A program made the position numbers and the translations under genes. A stretch of DNA of 64,000 nt from Candidatus Poribacteria bacterium (lineage in GTDB: Bacteria; Poribacteria; WGA-4E; JAJDTR01), in NCBI GenBank assembly GCA_965222225.1, contig CBDCTK010000002.1, forward strand, positions 3,488,001 to 3,552,000, given 5' to 3'. Under the pieces are notes generated by a model that did no database searches, was not told where the DNA came from, and was given only the letters and a program-made list of their open reading frames with translations. How positions within the stretch are numbered: position 1 is the stretch's first letter; each line of letters begins with the position of its first letter. Below, piece after piece: positions 1-10,722 of the stretch.

Positions 1-864
1 AAGCGAGTGTGAGGGAGCAGAAGACGCAAAAGCCGGTTCAGAATGGGAGCGCTTGAGCAGACGAGTGACATGCGGCGCACTGAACGGCATTGGGAAACGC
101 GCTGTCGGAATCGGTTCACTAACTGCTTCCCGCAATTCTCCTTTGGAAATCTTGCCGAATGTCACCAAACGTCTCAGGACTTTCTCCCGGGCACGTACCG
201 CGTTTGCATGGTGGAGGTCCGGGCGCAACAGTGTTGGTGAGTTGGGGATAGCAGCCAATAGGGCGGCTTCACCCAAACTTAGGCGATTTTGTGGTTTGTT
301 AAAGTAAATGCGAGATGCAGCAGTCGATCCAACGATGTTGCCACCGTACGGAGCCATGTTGAAATAAAGCGTCAAGATTTCATCCTTGGAATAACGAATC
401 TCAAGTTGGAGCGCGCGAAACGTCTCTATAGCTTTGTTGCGAATCGTTCGAGGTTTCGGCTCCATCATACGCGCGACCTGCATCGTAATGGTGGACCCAC
501 CCCTGACGACCCTTCCTGCTTTAATGTTCGTGACCAGTGCCTGAGCAATTGAAAATGGGTTGATTCCAAAGTGGTAATAAAACCACCGGTCCTCATACGT
601 TAGGACAGCTGTCCGCAGCTTCGGAGAAATCTCAGCCAAAGAAGGCTTGGGAATTCGCCACGAACCATCGGATGCAGTAAACACTCTAAGCCATTCGCCA
701 TGTCGATCCAGCACTACAGTGGAAGACGGCGGATGTAATTTTTCCATTGGTAGCGGGAATACCCCGTTCGCTATAAGAAAAACCAACCCTGAGAGAGCGA
801 TAGTGGCAACAAACAACATACAAAGAGAGCGTTTGAATCTCTTGAAATCGAACATGTTCCTCAT
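1..864 (-). CDS. pbpC: Penicillin-binding protein 1C, N-terminal part (runs off window edge)
   Basis: Manual translation (absent from ORF track): MRNMFDFKR..TM..VLDRHGEWLRVF..EDRWFYYHFGINP..RGGSTITMQVARM..SKDEILTLYFNMAPYGGNIVG; transglycosylase motifs of PBP1C type. Confidence 0.85.
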   Translation of the reverse strand, partial: MRNMFDFKRFKRSLCMLFVATIALSGLVFLIANGVFPLPMEKLHPPSSTVVLDRHGEWLRVFTASDGSWRIPKPSLAEISPKLRTAVLTYEDRWFYYHFGINPFSIAQALVTNIKAGRVVRGGSTITMQVARMMEPKPRTIRNKAIETFRALQLEIRYSKDEILTLYFNMAPYGGNIVGSTAASRIYFNKPQNRLSLGEAALLAAIPNSPTLLRPDLHHANAVRAREKVLRRLVTFGKISKGELREAVSEPIPTARFPMPFSAPHVTRLLKRSHSEPAFASSAPSHSL

Positions 865-932
865 CGTGGCTACCTGACCTTATTTCCTCGTCATATCGGA
901 AATTTGGAATTCCCTCATACCAACGATATACG

Positions 933-957
933 GTAGGAGCGATCTCCGAATCGCGAC
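933..957. repeat. REP-like GTAG-prefixed palindrome
   Basis: GTAGGA-GCGAT-CTCCGA-ATCGC-GAC in intergenic region. Confidence 0.35.
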
Positions 958-1413
958 ACTCCTTACTGCTGAAGTCGTGAGTCATTGATTATGCATGTGG
1001 TTAAATTTCAACACCCCCAAAACAGAACGAATAGAGGCGTTCAAAGTCACTCTCAGCTATAAATCTAGTTTGAACCCATTCATCAAAATAGTACGTGCGC
1101 AATTTCTCAAGCGAGCAAATGTCATGCCAGATTGTATCCATCTCCCGAAATTCGGGGAGGACTAACACGCTCCATTAACGTCGATATGGAAATCAATGCC
1201 GTCGAAATTCAGTATATCAGGAGGGTTCTTCAACCTCAAGTCAAAAGCGGTTTGCAGTGAATACGTTGTTCATTCCCAATTCTGCGATTATCAGAGAAAT
1301 GACTTCCATTCGTACCACGGAAGTGATATAATTCTATCTATTAGAGTAGGATTTTGGTGGAACAGTCGGATGTCTACGCAGCAAGACTCGGGAGGCGAGC
1401 AAAGGAAACAAAT

Positions 1414-2073
1414 ATGAACGGCAAGTCTACTGGGTTGTATCTAGTCGGAGGAATCGCGGGATTGCTGAGCGGTATTTTGATGATTGTCTCAGGCTATCTA
1501 GTGATGTTCCATTTAAAAGAAACCTTTATCGGATCCGCGGAGCAGCAGTTGGGATTTATCGCGCATCATCCACTTTCCGGGATTGTGCACGGATTAAGTG
1601 TTGTCAGTCTTATCCTAATCGTGCCCATGATAGTCGCACTGCTCGCCCTACTTGGCACAACGGCGCCCATACGCGGCTTTTTGGGAATCGGTTTCGCCGC
1701 CCTTTGGATTTTTGTCGAAATCGTTGGACACCTGTCCCAAACGGCGCCGCTGCGCGCCCTCGGTGAGTTGTACACTAATCCATCTACCAACGAGATGGCT
1801 TTGTCAATCTATCAAGTGTCCCAAGAGTTCTGGGAAGCACTTTCGATGACAGCAGCATCTTTCTGTGTTCTGATGTGTTTATGCTCCGGCTCCGCGTTGG
1901 TAGCAAAACCAACTCGCTCTTCGGGATACGCGCTTCTAATCGCAGCTATTGCCTTTCCGATAGGCCTGCTGTTTCCCAGCGTTGGGATTCAACTTCATGT
2001 CGCTGTACGTGGATTGGCATTCATCCTCCTCTCAGGCGCGCTGATTCAGATCTCCAGAATCAAAGAAGGATAG
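1414..2073 (+). CDS. Multi-pass membrane protein (DUF4386-like)
   Basis: ~6 hydrophobic segments; AAAGGA RBS before ATG 1414. Confidence 0.7.
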   Translation: MNGKSTGLYLVGGIAGLLSGILMIVSGYLVMFHLKETFIGSAEQQLGFIAHHPLSGIVHGLSVVSLILIVPMIVALLALLGTTAPIRGFLGIGFAALWIFVEIVGHLSQTAPLRALGELYTNPSTNEMALSIYQVSQEFWEALSMTAASFCVLMCLCSGSALVAKPTRSSGYALLIAAIAFPIGLLFPSVGIQLHVAVRGLAFILLSGALIQISRIKEG

Positions 2074-2087
2074 ACCTCTCAGGCTGC

Positions 2088-2609
2088 TCAATAGTTCTTA
2101 TAACCGACCTCAGCGAGACGGGCTGCTTTTTTGGCAACTCCGTCACTCAACTCTGATTTATACGCTTGCAACTTTGATTGAAGTTCCGGAGTTTTCAGGC
2201 TAAGAATTTGGACGGCAAAGATGCCCGCATTTCGCGCGCCGCCAGATCCAATCGCCATCGTTGCCACAGGAACGCCCGGCGGCAGTTGCACGGTTGAATA
2301 AAGCGCATCTACTCCGTTGAGTGGCCCTCCATCAATTGGAACGCCAATTACCGGAAGCGTTGTATGCGCCGCTATCACTCCGGCAAGGTGAGCGGCTCGC
2401 CCGGCACCGGCAATGATTACGTGAATTCCTCTGTCTTTGGCAGTTTTGGCGTATTCCATCGTCAGTTCGGGAGAGCGATGTGCCGATGAAATAGTTATCT
2501 CAAATGGAATCTCGAATTGCTCCAAAATTTGCGCAGCCTCTGCCATTCGATCGAGGTCCGAGTCACTTCCCATCACAATGCTAACAAGCGGGGTTTCCTT
2601 TGAAGTCAT
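2088..2609 (-). CDS. purE: N5-carboxyaminoimidazole ribonucleotide mutase
   Basis: IVMGSDSD, SAHRSP, AGAGRAAHLAGVIAA, GVPVAT motifs. Confidence 0.97.
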   Translation of the reverse strand: MTSKETPLVSIVMGSDSDLDRMAEAAQILEQFEIPFEITISSAHRSPELTMEYAKTAKDRGIHVIIAGAGRAAHLAGVIAAHTTLPVIGVPIDGGPLNGVDALYSTVQLPPGVPVATMAIGSGGARNAGIFAVQILSLKTPELQSKLQAYKSELSDGVAKKAARLAEVGYKNY

Positions 2610-2847
2610 GTGGTTATTGAGTCACCTCTGATTACAAGAGTTGGGATTAAACGATGTTCGGAAGCATCATGACTCATGGTGACATGATATACTGCAAACA
2701 TCGTCCTTTGAAAATACATATATAGCACGCGGCAACTACTATGTCAAGCATAACTCATGGCTAAACAACCTAACGGGAATGACGTCTGATATCTTTGCAA
2801 ATCTAAAGGACTGTCCGGTTTTCTTGACTTGAAAAGGGAAAAGAGCA

Positions 2848-3675
2848 ATGAGAGGAACATTAAGGGTTTTATTGGGACTATTGATTTGCGGTTTAGTGCT
2901 GTTATTAGTAATATACGGCTTATACAGCAGTGGTCTCCGAGCCCAGGATAAGGACCGTAATGAGCCGACTGTTCATCGAATTGAAACTAATTCAACAAAA
3001 CCGGCAACTGAAGGTCGGCGTGAAGGCATGGAAATCAACAATGAGTGGCCCTCTCCACGAAGCCAAATGAACGAACCGAGTGACGATTTCTATCAACCGA
3101 TTGTCGAAAACAATCTTTTTCGTCCTCTAGGTTGGAGAAAACCGAACCGCGAATCCGAATATACCTTGATCGGGACATTGATTGAATCAAATAATCAGCG
3201 TGCGAAAGCGTTTTTGATAGAACGGCGATCCAATCAATACTATCCTGTATCGGTTGGTGAAAAGGTCGGTGATGCAGTTGTGGAAAGCATCAAGCCAAAC
3301 GAGGTCAACCTAGGCAAAAATGGAAAAACCGTAACGCTTAGGGCAAATTCCAATCGATTTCTGGATACCTCCGCCGCGATATCCGACAAAGGCAGCGGCC
3401 GTTTCAATGAAGGCCCGCAGCATGCTACGCCCGAAAAGAAGGTGCAGGAGGGGAAGCCTGAGAATCGCGGCGATTGGGGTTTGGGTGAGGACAGAATGCG
3501 AAAAATAGCCGAGCGATTTCGCAATGCCTCACCTGAAGAGCGCGAACGCATGAGGGAAGAATTTCGTCGTCGTGGTCGGGAACAACGCGCCCGCGGACAA
3601 GGGGTGAGAAGAGAGGGCAGGGGAAGAGGTAGAGACACTGATGGAGATAGGGATGGCGGGCGCCGAGATCGCTAA
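2848..3675 (+). CDS. GspC/PilP-like membrane-anchored protein with Arg/Gly/Asp-rich tail
   Basis: N-terminal TM; IVENNLFRP..YTLIGTLI..AFLIE..VSVGEKVGDAVVESIKPNEV resembles T2SS-C HR domain; charged C-terminus. Confidence 0.55.
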   Translation: MRGTLRVLLGLLICGLVLLLVIYGLYSSGLRAQDKDRNEPTVHRIETNSTKPATEGRREGMEINNEWPSPRSQMNEPSDDFYQPIVENNLFRPLGWRKPNRESEYTLIGTLIESNNQRAKAFLIERRSNQYYPVSVGEKVGDAVVESIKPNEVNLGKNGKTVTLRANSNRFLDTSAAISDKGSGRFNEGPQHATPEKKVQEGKPENRGDWGLGEDRMRKIAERFRNASPEERERMREEFRRRGREQRARGQGVRREGRGRGRDTDGDRDGGRRDR

Positions 3676-3931
3676 TCTCTTAAGTCTAGCGTCATTTCCG
3701 TTTGGGTTTAGTCGGATTCGGGCTTTGGTTAAGACGAAGAGAATGTCTCTGCAATTCCCGAGATGGTAAGTAGACCTCAAAGAGCGGTTGTCATCCCGAC
3801 GGTGAAAGGATGAGCATCAACGCCCTTACTCTTTTTATGTTCAATCCATCTGTATTATCTAACACATCAACTAAAGTACCCATCCTTCTTTAATCGGTTT
3901 GTTCTGCAGGCGGCCTGCCTCCATTGCAGTT

Positions 3932-3975
3932 CCAAAAACCTGAAGACACCACTAGAGGCGGCTTCAGGCTTTTGG
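3932..3975. terminator. Hairpin between convergent genes, possible terminator
   Basis: CCAAAAACCTGAAG / CTTCAGGCTTTTGG, 13 of 14 bp complementary. Confidence 0.5.
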
Positions 3976-4030
3976 CTAGGACTTAAACGTGGAATCGCGG
4001 ACAAACATCGCATCCAAGTCTGGGGCTCCT

Positions 4031-4786
4031 CTAATCCCAGGTAACTGCTCCCCCAGATCCTTTCAACACAAGGTTTTCCGGCTTGAGTAATACCTCCCCT
4101 TCTTTGACTATGGGCATACCGGTAGGATATAAGGCATAGGCAATTCGCCGAGGAAGATGGTTTCCCAAATCTGCCATCATCTCTTTCTCTGTCTTATAAC
4201 GAACCATGTTCCGATTCTCAACTTGGAAGGCGTGCCAATATTTGAGATAGTCCAGAATCTTGTCATCAAAGATGAGCTCCCCAGTTTTGGTGTCGACGAT
4301 TTTTATTCGAGTCTTTACGAGTGCGCTCTGGCGGGCCCGGTTGTAACTGGCAGCGCCTGAGATTCCGCCTTTACGGCCATGTTTCCTGAGCACCGCGTTA
4401 TAGTCCCGACGGCTAAATTTCGGATTCTCCATATTCCCCATGATGATTAAATCCACTTTCAACCCTTGCCCGACCTTCGCGGCTAATGCCGGATCTGTGA
4501 ATATATCGTTGAGCGTCAGCCCGAACTCCTTGAGTTTTGTCGCTACTGGTGCCACCTTCTCAGATTGGTCGTATACCCATTCAGTCTCCTTTAGAGCCAA
4601 TTCAAAACGGGTAGTGAGATTAATTGGCACCCATTTTCCGAGGACGCCGGACTCTTCTTCGCCAAGGAAAGGCGTGACGGCAACAGCAGTTGCTTGTTCT
4701 AATGGTGGCGGTGTGTTAAGACTTGCCCCGCAGCCAACAACTAAAACAAGAATAAACGGAACTAGGAAAAAACGAAGCAAACTCAT
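4031..4786 (-). CDS. Lipoprotein (CsgG/LpoB-like fold likely)
   Basis: Lipobox LVVGC; VAVTPF..AAKVGQGLKVDLIIMG..KIVDTKTGELIF pattern. Confidence 0.7.
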   Translation of the reverse strand: MSLLRFFLVPFILVLVVGCGASLNTPPPLEQATAVAVTPFLGEEESGVLGKWVPINLTTRFELALKETEWVYDQSEKVAPVATKLKEFGLTLNDIFTDPALAAKVGQGLKVDLIIMGNMENPKFSRRDYNAVLRKHGRKGGISGAASYNRARQSALVKTRIKIVDTKTGELIFDDKILDYLKYWHAFQVENRNMVRYKTEKEMMADLGNHLPRRIAYALYPTGMPIVKEGEVLLKPENLVLKGSGGAVTWD

Positions 4787-5076
4787 CTGAAACAGTCCTC
4801 CTTTTGTGATATGTTAGAAATGTGCAGCAAATTATTGTTTAAGAATGTCAATGGATTGGTTCGATATCCACCTCAAAATTCCCCTATTGTTAATAGGATA
4901 CCACAAAACCGTATTATGATGAAACACATTTTTGTCCCCCGCGGGGATTTTCAGTTCTCAACACGAGTTATCTAGTCATTGCGTCTTCAACATAGCTTGC
5001 TACCCCACTAGAAACCGAGAATAAATCGGTCAAGCCGAAAGGTCACACTCGCCGTCGCACGCCCTACGGAGTGCTG

Positions 5077-5628
5077 CTACTCAAGAACACGGAACAGCAT
5101 ATCAAATACCATCCGCACATCAACGCGATGCTTGAGTGTCGCATGACATTTTATTATTCGATGTTTTTCATCTTTGAGCGCTAGCCGAATCTTAACTTGA
5201 GGACTAGGAATCAATTCGTCTAGCATGAAAACTTCATAAAAATCCTGCCGCTTCTCCGGTGCAAGCATTACAGGCAGGCTGTTGCGCAGAAGACTGGGAA
5301 AAATAGCAGCTTGAGGCGCTGTGTACTGCTCGGCCGTCTGCCATCTTCGACCGATTTTCGCTTGGAATTGATACCCTTGAATGGTAATAGGAATCTGGTC
5401 GCTGTCATTGTATACTCGGCACGAAATCAGGAACAAGAGATATCCGCCACGCGTAATAAAACAGTTGGTTTGCCCTGTTATCAAATCCACTCGGCTTTGT
5501 GCTCTCCATTGTCGCCGTTGAGGAAACGTCGAGAGTGACTGGCTGCGCAAAAAGTCAAAAAGCCACTTGAATATGGCAAGCAGAATCGCTATAATGCTTA
5601 GGACGAGGGCAATTGTGGCACGGTCCAA
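5077..5628 (-). CDS. Hypothetical membrane-anchored protein
   Basis: 183-aa ORF, N-terminal TM, AGGAGG RBS upstream. Confidence 0.65.
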   Translation of the reverse strand: MDRATIALVLSIIAILLAIFKWLFDFLRSQSLSTFPQRRQWRAQSRVDLITGQTNCFITRGGYLLFLISCRVYNDSDQIPITIQGYQFQAKIGRRWQTAEQYTAPQAAIFPSLLRNSLPVMLAPEKRQDFYEVFMLDELIPSPQVKIRLALKDEKHRIIKCHATLKHRVDVRMVFDMLFRVLE

Positions 5629-5778
5629 TTCGATTTAACAACCTCCTTGGTAAAGGAGCAAATCAACAGACATTCTTCCAAGAAAACAATCCCGAGCCTC
5701 CATCGTAATAGTGGCAAAACCTATTCATTATCCACTTTTTTCTAGGACTAGCTACACCTCTTGACAACACAATCGACC

Positions 5779-5854
5779 GAATAGGGAGCACGATAGAAAT
5801 CCCATAGTGACTGCGATAGAGTTCCCATAGAGATCCTAGGGCGATAGAAAATCC
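5779..5854. repeat. Three imperfect direct repeats CGATAGARWTCCCATAG
   Basis: Copies at 5791, 5814 and 5842 (partial); same motif occurs inside the elements at 22347 and 63310. Confidence 0.55.
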
Positions 5855-6091
5855 TTTTCTCAATTGATGCCACATCAGAATTACAATTTCTATCTTTATT
5901 GAGTAGTATAGTAATTAAGAGTAATTCATGTCAATTAAATTTAGGACCGTTCCATAGGGCTGTCTCACGATTGTAGTGGACAATCATGGCTGTCCCGACT
6001 GAACGGCGCACAATTTTCAAAAACCAATGCCAATAAAACATTTTGCATAACTCATTTGCAGGTGTGTGGGAATAGACAACAGAGACATACG

Positions 6092-7486
6092 ATGGAGGCG
6101 GGATTGAAAGTGCTGATACGTCTAATTTTTGGTTGTATGCTCTGCTGTATCAGTCATGAGGAAGTCCACGGCTCGGCTAAGGACTCCTCGCTAACAGATC
6201 TACGCACACGAAAAACCGGCAGCGACTGGCAAGGTTTTCTTGGTCCTACCGGAGATGGTTAGTCTCCCGAAAAAGGGTTTCATCTTCCCTGGCCCAAATC
6301 AGGCCCGCCGGTTGTCTGGCATAAAAAGATTGGTACGGGCTATGCTGCACCGTCAGTTTCTCGGGGACGGCTGTTCATGTTCGATAGACACGGGAACAAT
6401 GCCCGTTTAACCTGCATGAGAAGTGAAACCGGGGAGGAATTATGGAGATTTGAATACCAGACAGATTACGAGGACATGTACGGCTATAACAATGGTCCTC
6501 GTGCATGTCCAGTCGTGGACGGAGGTCGCGTTTATGTTTTCGGCGCGGAGGGCATGTTGCATTGCGTTAGTGCGTTGGACGGCGATTTGATTTGGAAGGT
6601 AAATACGACAGAGAGATTTAATGTTGTCAAAAACTTCTTTGGCGTTGCATCGGCGCCAATTGTCGAGCACAATTTGCTAATTGCCCAAATTGGCGGGTCG
6701 CCGCTAGGTAGTCCCAAAGACGTATACGCGGCTCAAGGACAACTCTCGGGGAACGGAAGTGGTATCGTTGCGTTTGACAAATTCACGGGAGAAGTAAAGT
6801 ATAAGATTACTGACGAGTTGGCGAGTTACGCTAGCCCATCGCTGGCGACGATTAACGGCAGACGATGGTGTTTCATGTTTGCGCGGGGCGGGTTGTTCGG
6901 CTTTGAACCGCGTACGGGCAAAGTAGAATTCCATTATCCGTGGCGATCCAAGAAGCTGGAGTCGGTAAACGCTGCCAATCCAGTTGTGGCAGGCAATCTG
7001 GTGTTCATCAGCGAAGCTTACGGACTAGGGAGTTCACTGCTGAAGGTTCATCCGAGCGGATATCAAGTGCTATGGAAAGATGTGCCACGGCGCCGAAACA
7101 AGTCAATGATGTTGCATTGGAACACCGCCATCCATCACAACGGTTATCTCTACGGTTGCAGCGGGCGTCACGCACAGGGTTCGGATTTACGCTGCGTCAA
7201 ACTGGAAACAGGGGAAGTTATGTGGTCGGAACAGATTGATGAACGCACCTCATTACTTTACGCAGACGGCTATTTCGTGGGGTTGGGCGAATACGGTACG
7301 CTGAGCTTGATTCGTGCTACCTCTGCGGAATCGGATGTCGTATCGCGCATTCAAATCGCTGATGAGCAGGAACGGGAACTAATCAGTTATCCTGCCTGGT
7401 CAGCACCGGTACTTTCGAACGGTTTTCTCTACATTCGAGGAAAAGAGCGGTTGGTGTGTTTGGATCTCAGCTTGTCGAGGCGATAG
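6092..7486 (+). pseudogene. PQQ-like beta-propeller protein interrupted by in-frame TAG at 6260-6262
   Basis: DWQGFLGPTGDG*SPEKGFHLPWPKSGPPVVWHKKIGTGYAAPSV continues in frame into ORF 6377..7486 (YASP, WSAPVLSNGFLYIR motifs). Confidence 0.75.
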
Positions 7487-7627
7487 AGTCGTAGAATTGG
7501 CGATAATGGATGTATGCAACTCACTCTGATAAGGACTTTCCCGCAGACCTTGCATAGTCTCTATCTCTGTGATGAGAGGTATGGTTAAACGGCCACCTGA
7601 GAACACTACCTCAATTTCCTAATGGAG

Positions 7628-8695
7628 TTAGAACTCATTAAACACTCTCACGGGATGCCCTGTCTCAATTGATTCCCAAGCTGCAACTCCGACAGCAACC
7701 GTTTTTGCACCATCAATCACATTTGGAGATGGTTCAAGGTCTTCCTCCAAACACTGTTGGAAGTGCCGCATGTAACGAATTACAGTTTGACCATGCCCGT
7801 AAACACTCGTATCGGTTTCAGGCGGACATGTCATCTCCAAAGGTTCTTTCGCTACCGTTTTGTCCAATACGAGCTTGACCTGCCCACCCTTGTTATCCGT
7901 AAAGTCGCCAATCATCGTGCCTTGCGTGCCGTAGACCGAAACCTGCATCATGGGCATGGGTGGATGAACGATGTCATATAACCCCATCGCGCGTCCTATT
8001 TGTCCCTCCTTAAATTTCAGGTTGAGAAAGAAATTGTTCATTATCGGATATTCAGGAGTGATTTTTCCCTTTGTACCGTAGGCATGTACTTCCTCAACAT
8101 CTCCTAGAAAAGAACGTAGAACATCAACAGGATGCGCAACGCCGCCGAACATGAAGTCTTGTGGGGTGTGCAGCCGCCAAGGGGTGAAGTCGTATACAGG
8201 GCGCATATCGTGGACGTAATAAGCATCCGCCGCCATGATTTCCCCGAGATCTCCATCGTTGAAAAAACGCCGCATCGTCAGAAATTGCAAATCGAACCGC
8301 ATCGTTTGACCCACGAGGAATTTCACCCCGCTAGTCCGAACCAACTCAACTAAGCGCTTAGCATCTTTCAAGTTGGTCACCATTGGCTTTGTGCAGATAA
8401 CGTGTTTGCCCGCTTCTATCGCCCCGACACAGTGCTCGGCGTGTAGGTGGTCCGGTGAATAAACAGCAACTACCTCAATGTCGTCGCGGCGTACCAGCTC
8501 CTGATAGTCGATTGTCCAGAAATCCACCTCAATTTGCTTGGCATACGCCTCTAAAATATCACGTTGCCTTGCACATATCCCTCTCAACTCATATTTTAGA
8601 TCCGGCACATCCTTGAGCAGTGATGTGGTCGACCCCATGTTCGTGGGATTTATCCCGATCACTCCCAATCCAATCGCCATTTTACCTTCTCCCAA
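7628..8695 (-). CDS. Gfo/Idh/MocA family oxidoreductase
   Basis: GLGVIG, SPDHLHAEHC..AGKHVICTKPM, GVAHPVD. Confidence 0.92.
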   Translation of the reverse strand: MGEGKMAIGLGVIGINPTNMGSTTSLLKDVPDLKYELRGICARQRDILEAYAKQIEVDFWTIDYQELVRRDDIEVVAVYSPDHLHAEHCVGAIEAGKHVICTKPMVTNLKDAKRLVELVRTSGVKFLVGQTMRFDLQFLTMRRFFNDGDLGEIMAADAYYVHDMRPVYDFTPWRLHTPQDFMFGGVAHPVDVLRSFLGDVEEVHAYGTKGKITPEYPIMNNFFLNLKFKEGQIGRAMGLYDIVHPPMPMMQVSVYGTQGTMIGDFTDNKGGQVKLVLDKTVAKEPLEMTCPPETDTSVYGHGQTVIRYMRHFQQCLEEDLEPSPNVIDGAKTVAVGVAAWESIETGHPVRVFNEF

Positions 8696-8766
8696 ACCAG
8701 TTCTTCGTTACTTTGGATTTCTCAACCAAGCACCGCATTATTGTTCGTTCACGATGTAAACGAATT

Positions 8767-10272
8767 CTAAATCTTGCCGCTGTGATTTGACATTTCCAAA
8801 AAACGACGTGCAGCCACTAATGCTTCCTCAGGAGTGTGTATTTTTCCATCAAGCTGAAGTTCTTGGATCTGTTTCAAGATTTCGCCGACTATAGTGCCAG
8901 GTTCCAAGTCTAGTGCATCCATAATCTTATCGCCGGTAATCAACCGTTCCTGCGCCTTCATTGGGAGGATTTCTAGAAAATAACAATCTGCAATCTCCCT
9001 CATCACTTGCTCTACTTTTGATAATTCGGAGGATTCGTGAAGATTTCCTTGCGATGCGCGTAAACCGGCATAAGAGACTAGCAGGACACCGAACCAATCC
9101 TGTTTGGCGGTTTTTAAAAAACGGCTTACTGATCGACGTGTTGGATTAGTTTTCGACAACTCCATGAAGTGACGATGATGCCGCACAAGGCAACTCATCA
9201 ACTTAGCCGCATTACCACCAAGTCGTAGTCGTTTCACAATTCGGACTGCAATCTCCGTCCCATCGTTTTGAGGCCTGATGGACTGTACCATTTCCCGAGA
9301 ATCAGCCGTTTTCGTTACCGGTTTTGCGATGTTGTGCAGAATCAGTGAGAGTTTGAGAATTGTTTCTCGCCTCAATCCATGCACCAGATTCGTGTCGAGG
9401 TAGCCCTCAATCTCACGTTGATATGGGCGCAATGTGTCGGGAGAAGATTGTTCCTCGAACATCCGAAGTGCGAGTAGCGACTGTTCCCACAAATCAAGAT
9501 GATGACAATCATCTCGCTGAAGGCCTCGCGTGGACTCAATTTCCGGCAAGATTTGCGAGAGAATACGGCTGTCGTCCATTTGACGGATGTAAGCAACAGC
9601 ATTCGTAGCGTTCAGGATTTTAATCAATTCATCGCGGATACGCTCCGACGCCACAGCGTCGCGCGGAATCTTGCTAGGCTTCGTTTGGCTCAACAGGTGT
9701 TTATGCCGAGAAATCAGACGAACGGTTTCCTCAGGGATCGCAAAATTCAGTTGTGAGGCAAAGCGGTAGACACGCAGCAATCGAAGTGGGTCATCCAGCA
9801 CGACCCTCTCACTTGGAAAACGCAACTGACCTGATTTTAGGTCTGCTAAGCCGCCACAGGGATCGATAAGGCGCACAGAGGGTTGCGTTATAAGTGACGA
9901 GAGTTCTATGCCAATAGCGTTGATGGTAAGATCTCGAAGGCGTAAATCCCCTTCGATTCCTCCACCGCGGAACTGAGCAAAATCGAGCGTGAGACCTGAT
10001 TCGCGAATGACAACGCGCGCCGTGGGCAATTGTTCTTCCAACGCGACGAAAGCCGCTCCCAAAACATCGGCACAAGCGCGGGAAAATACCAGTGCGTCCT
10101 GTTCCAAAGCGAAGTCGAGATCGCTGATAGGTCGGTTCAATAAAAGATCGCGCACGCAGCCGCCAACGAGGAAAAGTTGCACTCCTCGCGTACTCGCAAA
10201 GGAATTCAATTGATTGATTAGCTTACGCTCCGGCAGGCGCTGAAGTAGCTGCGTGGTTGGGACTTCTTGCAT
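8767..10272 (-). CDS. Class II tRNA nucleotidyltransferase, probably CC-adding type, with degenerate HD domain
   Basis: VGGCVRDLLL..DLDF, DLRLRDLTINA, DDPLRLLR, SERIRDEL; start likely ATG 10272 (ORF track starts at 10392). Confidence 0.88.
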   Translation of the reverse strand: MQEVPTTQLLQRLPERKLINQLNSFASTRGVQLFLVGGCVRDLLLNRPISDLDFALEQDALVFSRACADVLGAAFVALEEQLPTARVVIRESGLTLDFAQFRGGGIEGDLRLRDLTINAIGIELSSLITQPSVRLIDPCGGLADLKSGQLRFPSERVVLDDPLRLLRVYRFASQLNFAIPEETVRLISRHKHLLSQTKPSKIPRDAVASERIRDELIKILNATNAVAYIRQMDDSRILSQILPEIESTRGLQRDDCHHLDLWEQSLLALRMFEEQSSPDTLRPYQREIEGYLDTNLVHGLRRETILKLSLILHNIAKPVTKTADSREMVQSIRPQNDGTEIAVRIVKRLRLGGNAAKLMSCLVRHHRHFMELSKTNPTRRSVSRFLKTAKQDWFGVLLVSYAGLRASQGNLHESSELSKVEQVMREIADCYFLEILPMKAQERLITGDKIMDALDLEPGTIVGEILKQIQELQLDGKIHTPEEALVAARRFLEMSNHSGKI

Positions 10273-10398
10273 AGGAATGCTGAAGAGGCGATAGGTTTTA
10301 GAAAACCAAGGGAGTGCGCCGATTGGATGAGAGCATTCGCAGATCGCCGTGCGAAACTTGGAGACCGAGATTCGTATGGGCAAGTTCCGCACGCCGTA

Positions 10399-10722
10399 TC
10401 ATCGTACGACTGATTTGGGGGTTGCCTCAAGCCGTGTGACTTTGATTTGACTTCTGTCAATCAACTCACCGACACGATCGGCGATTCCGTTTTTCCATTC
10501 TTGGCTTTCATATACCGCTTCGTAGAGTTGTTGTCTTTCTTCTTCACTCTCAAATCGGCGAATCCAAACGTACAAGTCATCTTCCTCCTCGCCAACAAAC
10601 CTCCCGAGAATTACCATCCCTTTTGAGATTTGGAAGGGGATGACTGTCTCCTCCATGTACTTGACCCAATTCTCGCGTTGGCCCGGTTTGGTGCGATACT
10701 GTCGAAGTTCAAAAAGTGCCAT
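10399..10722 (-). CDS. NIPSNAP family protein
   Basis: FELRQYRTKPG..YVWIRRFESEEER. Confidence 0.88.
   Translation of the reverse strand: MALFELRQYRTKPGQRENWVKYMEETVIPFQISKGMVILGRFVGEEEDDLYVWIRRFESEEERQQLYEAVYESQEWKNGIADRVGELIDRSQIKVTRLEATPKSVVR

Noticed and set aside
43-985. Short ORFs in the first kb
   Set aside because: Antisense or alternative-frame shadows of the pbpC gene on the minus strand
5791-5854. Possible CRISPR array
   Set aside because: Repeats are ~17 bp and degenerate, with 6-11 bp spacing and no cas genes in the window
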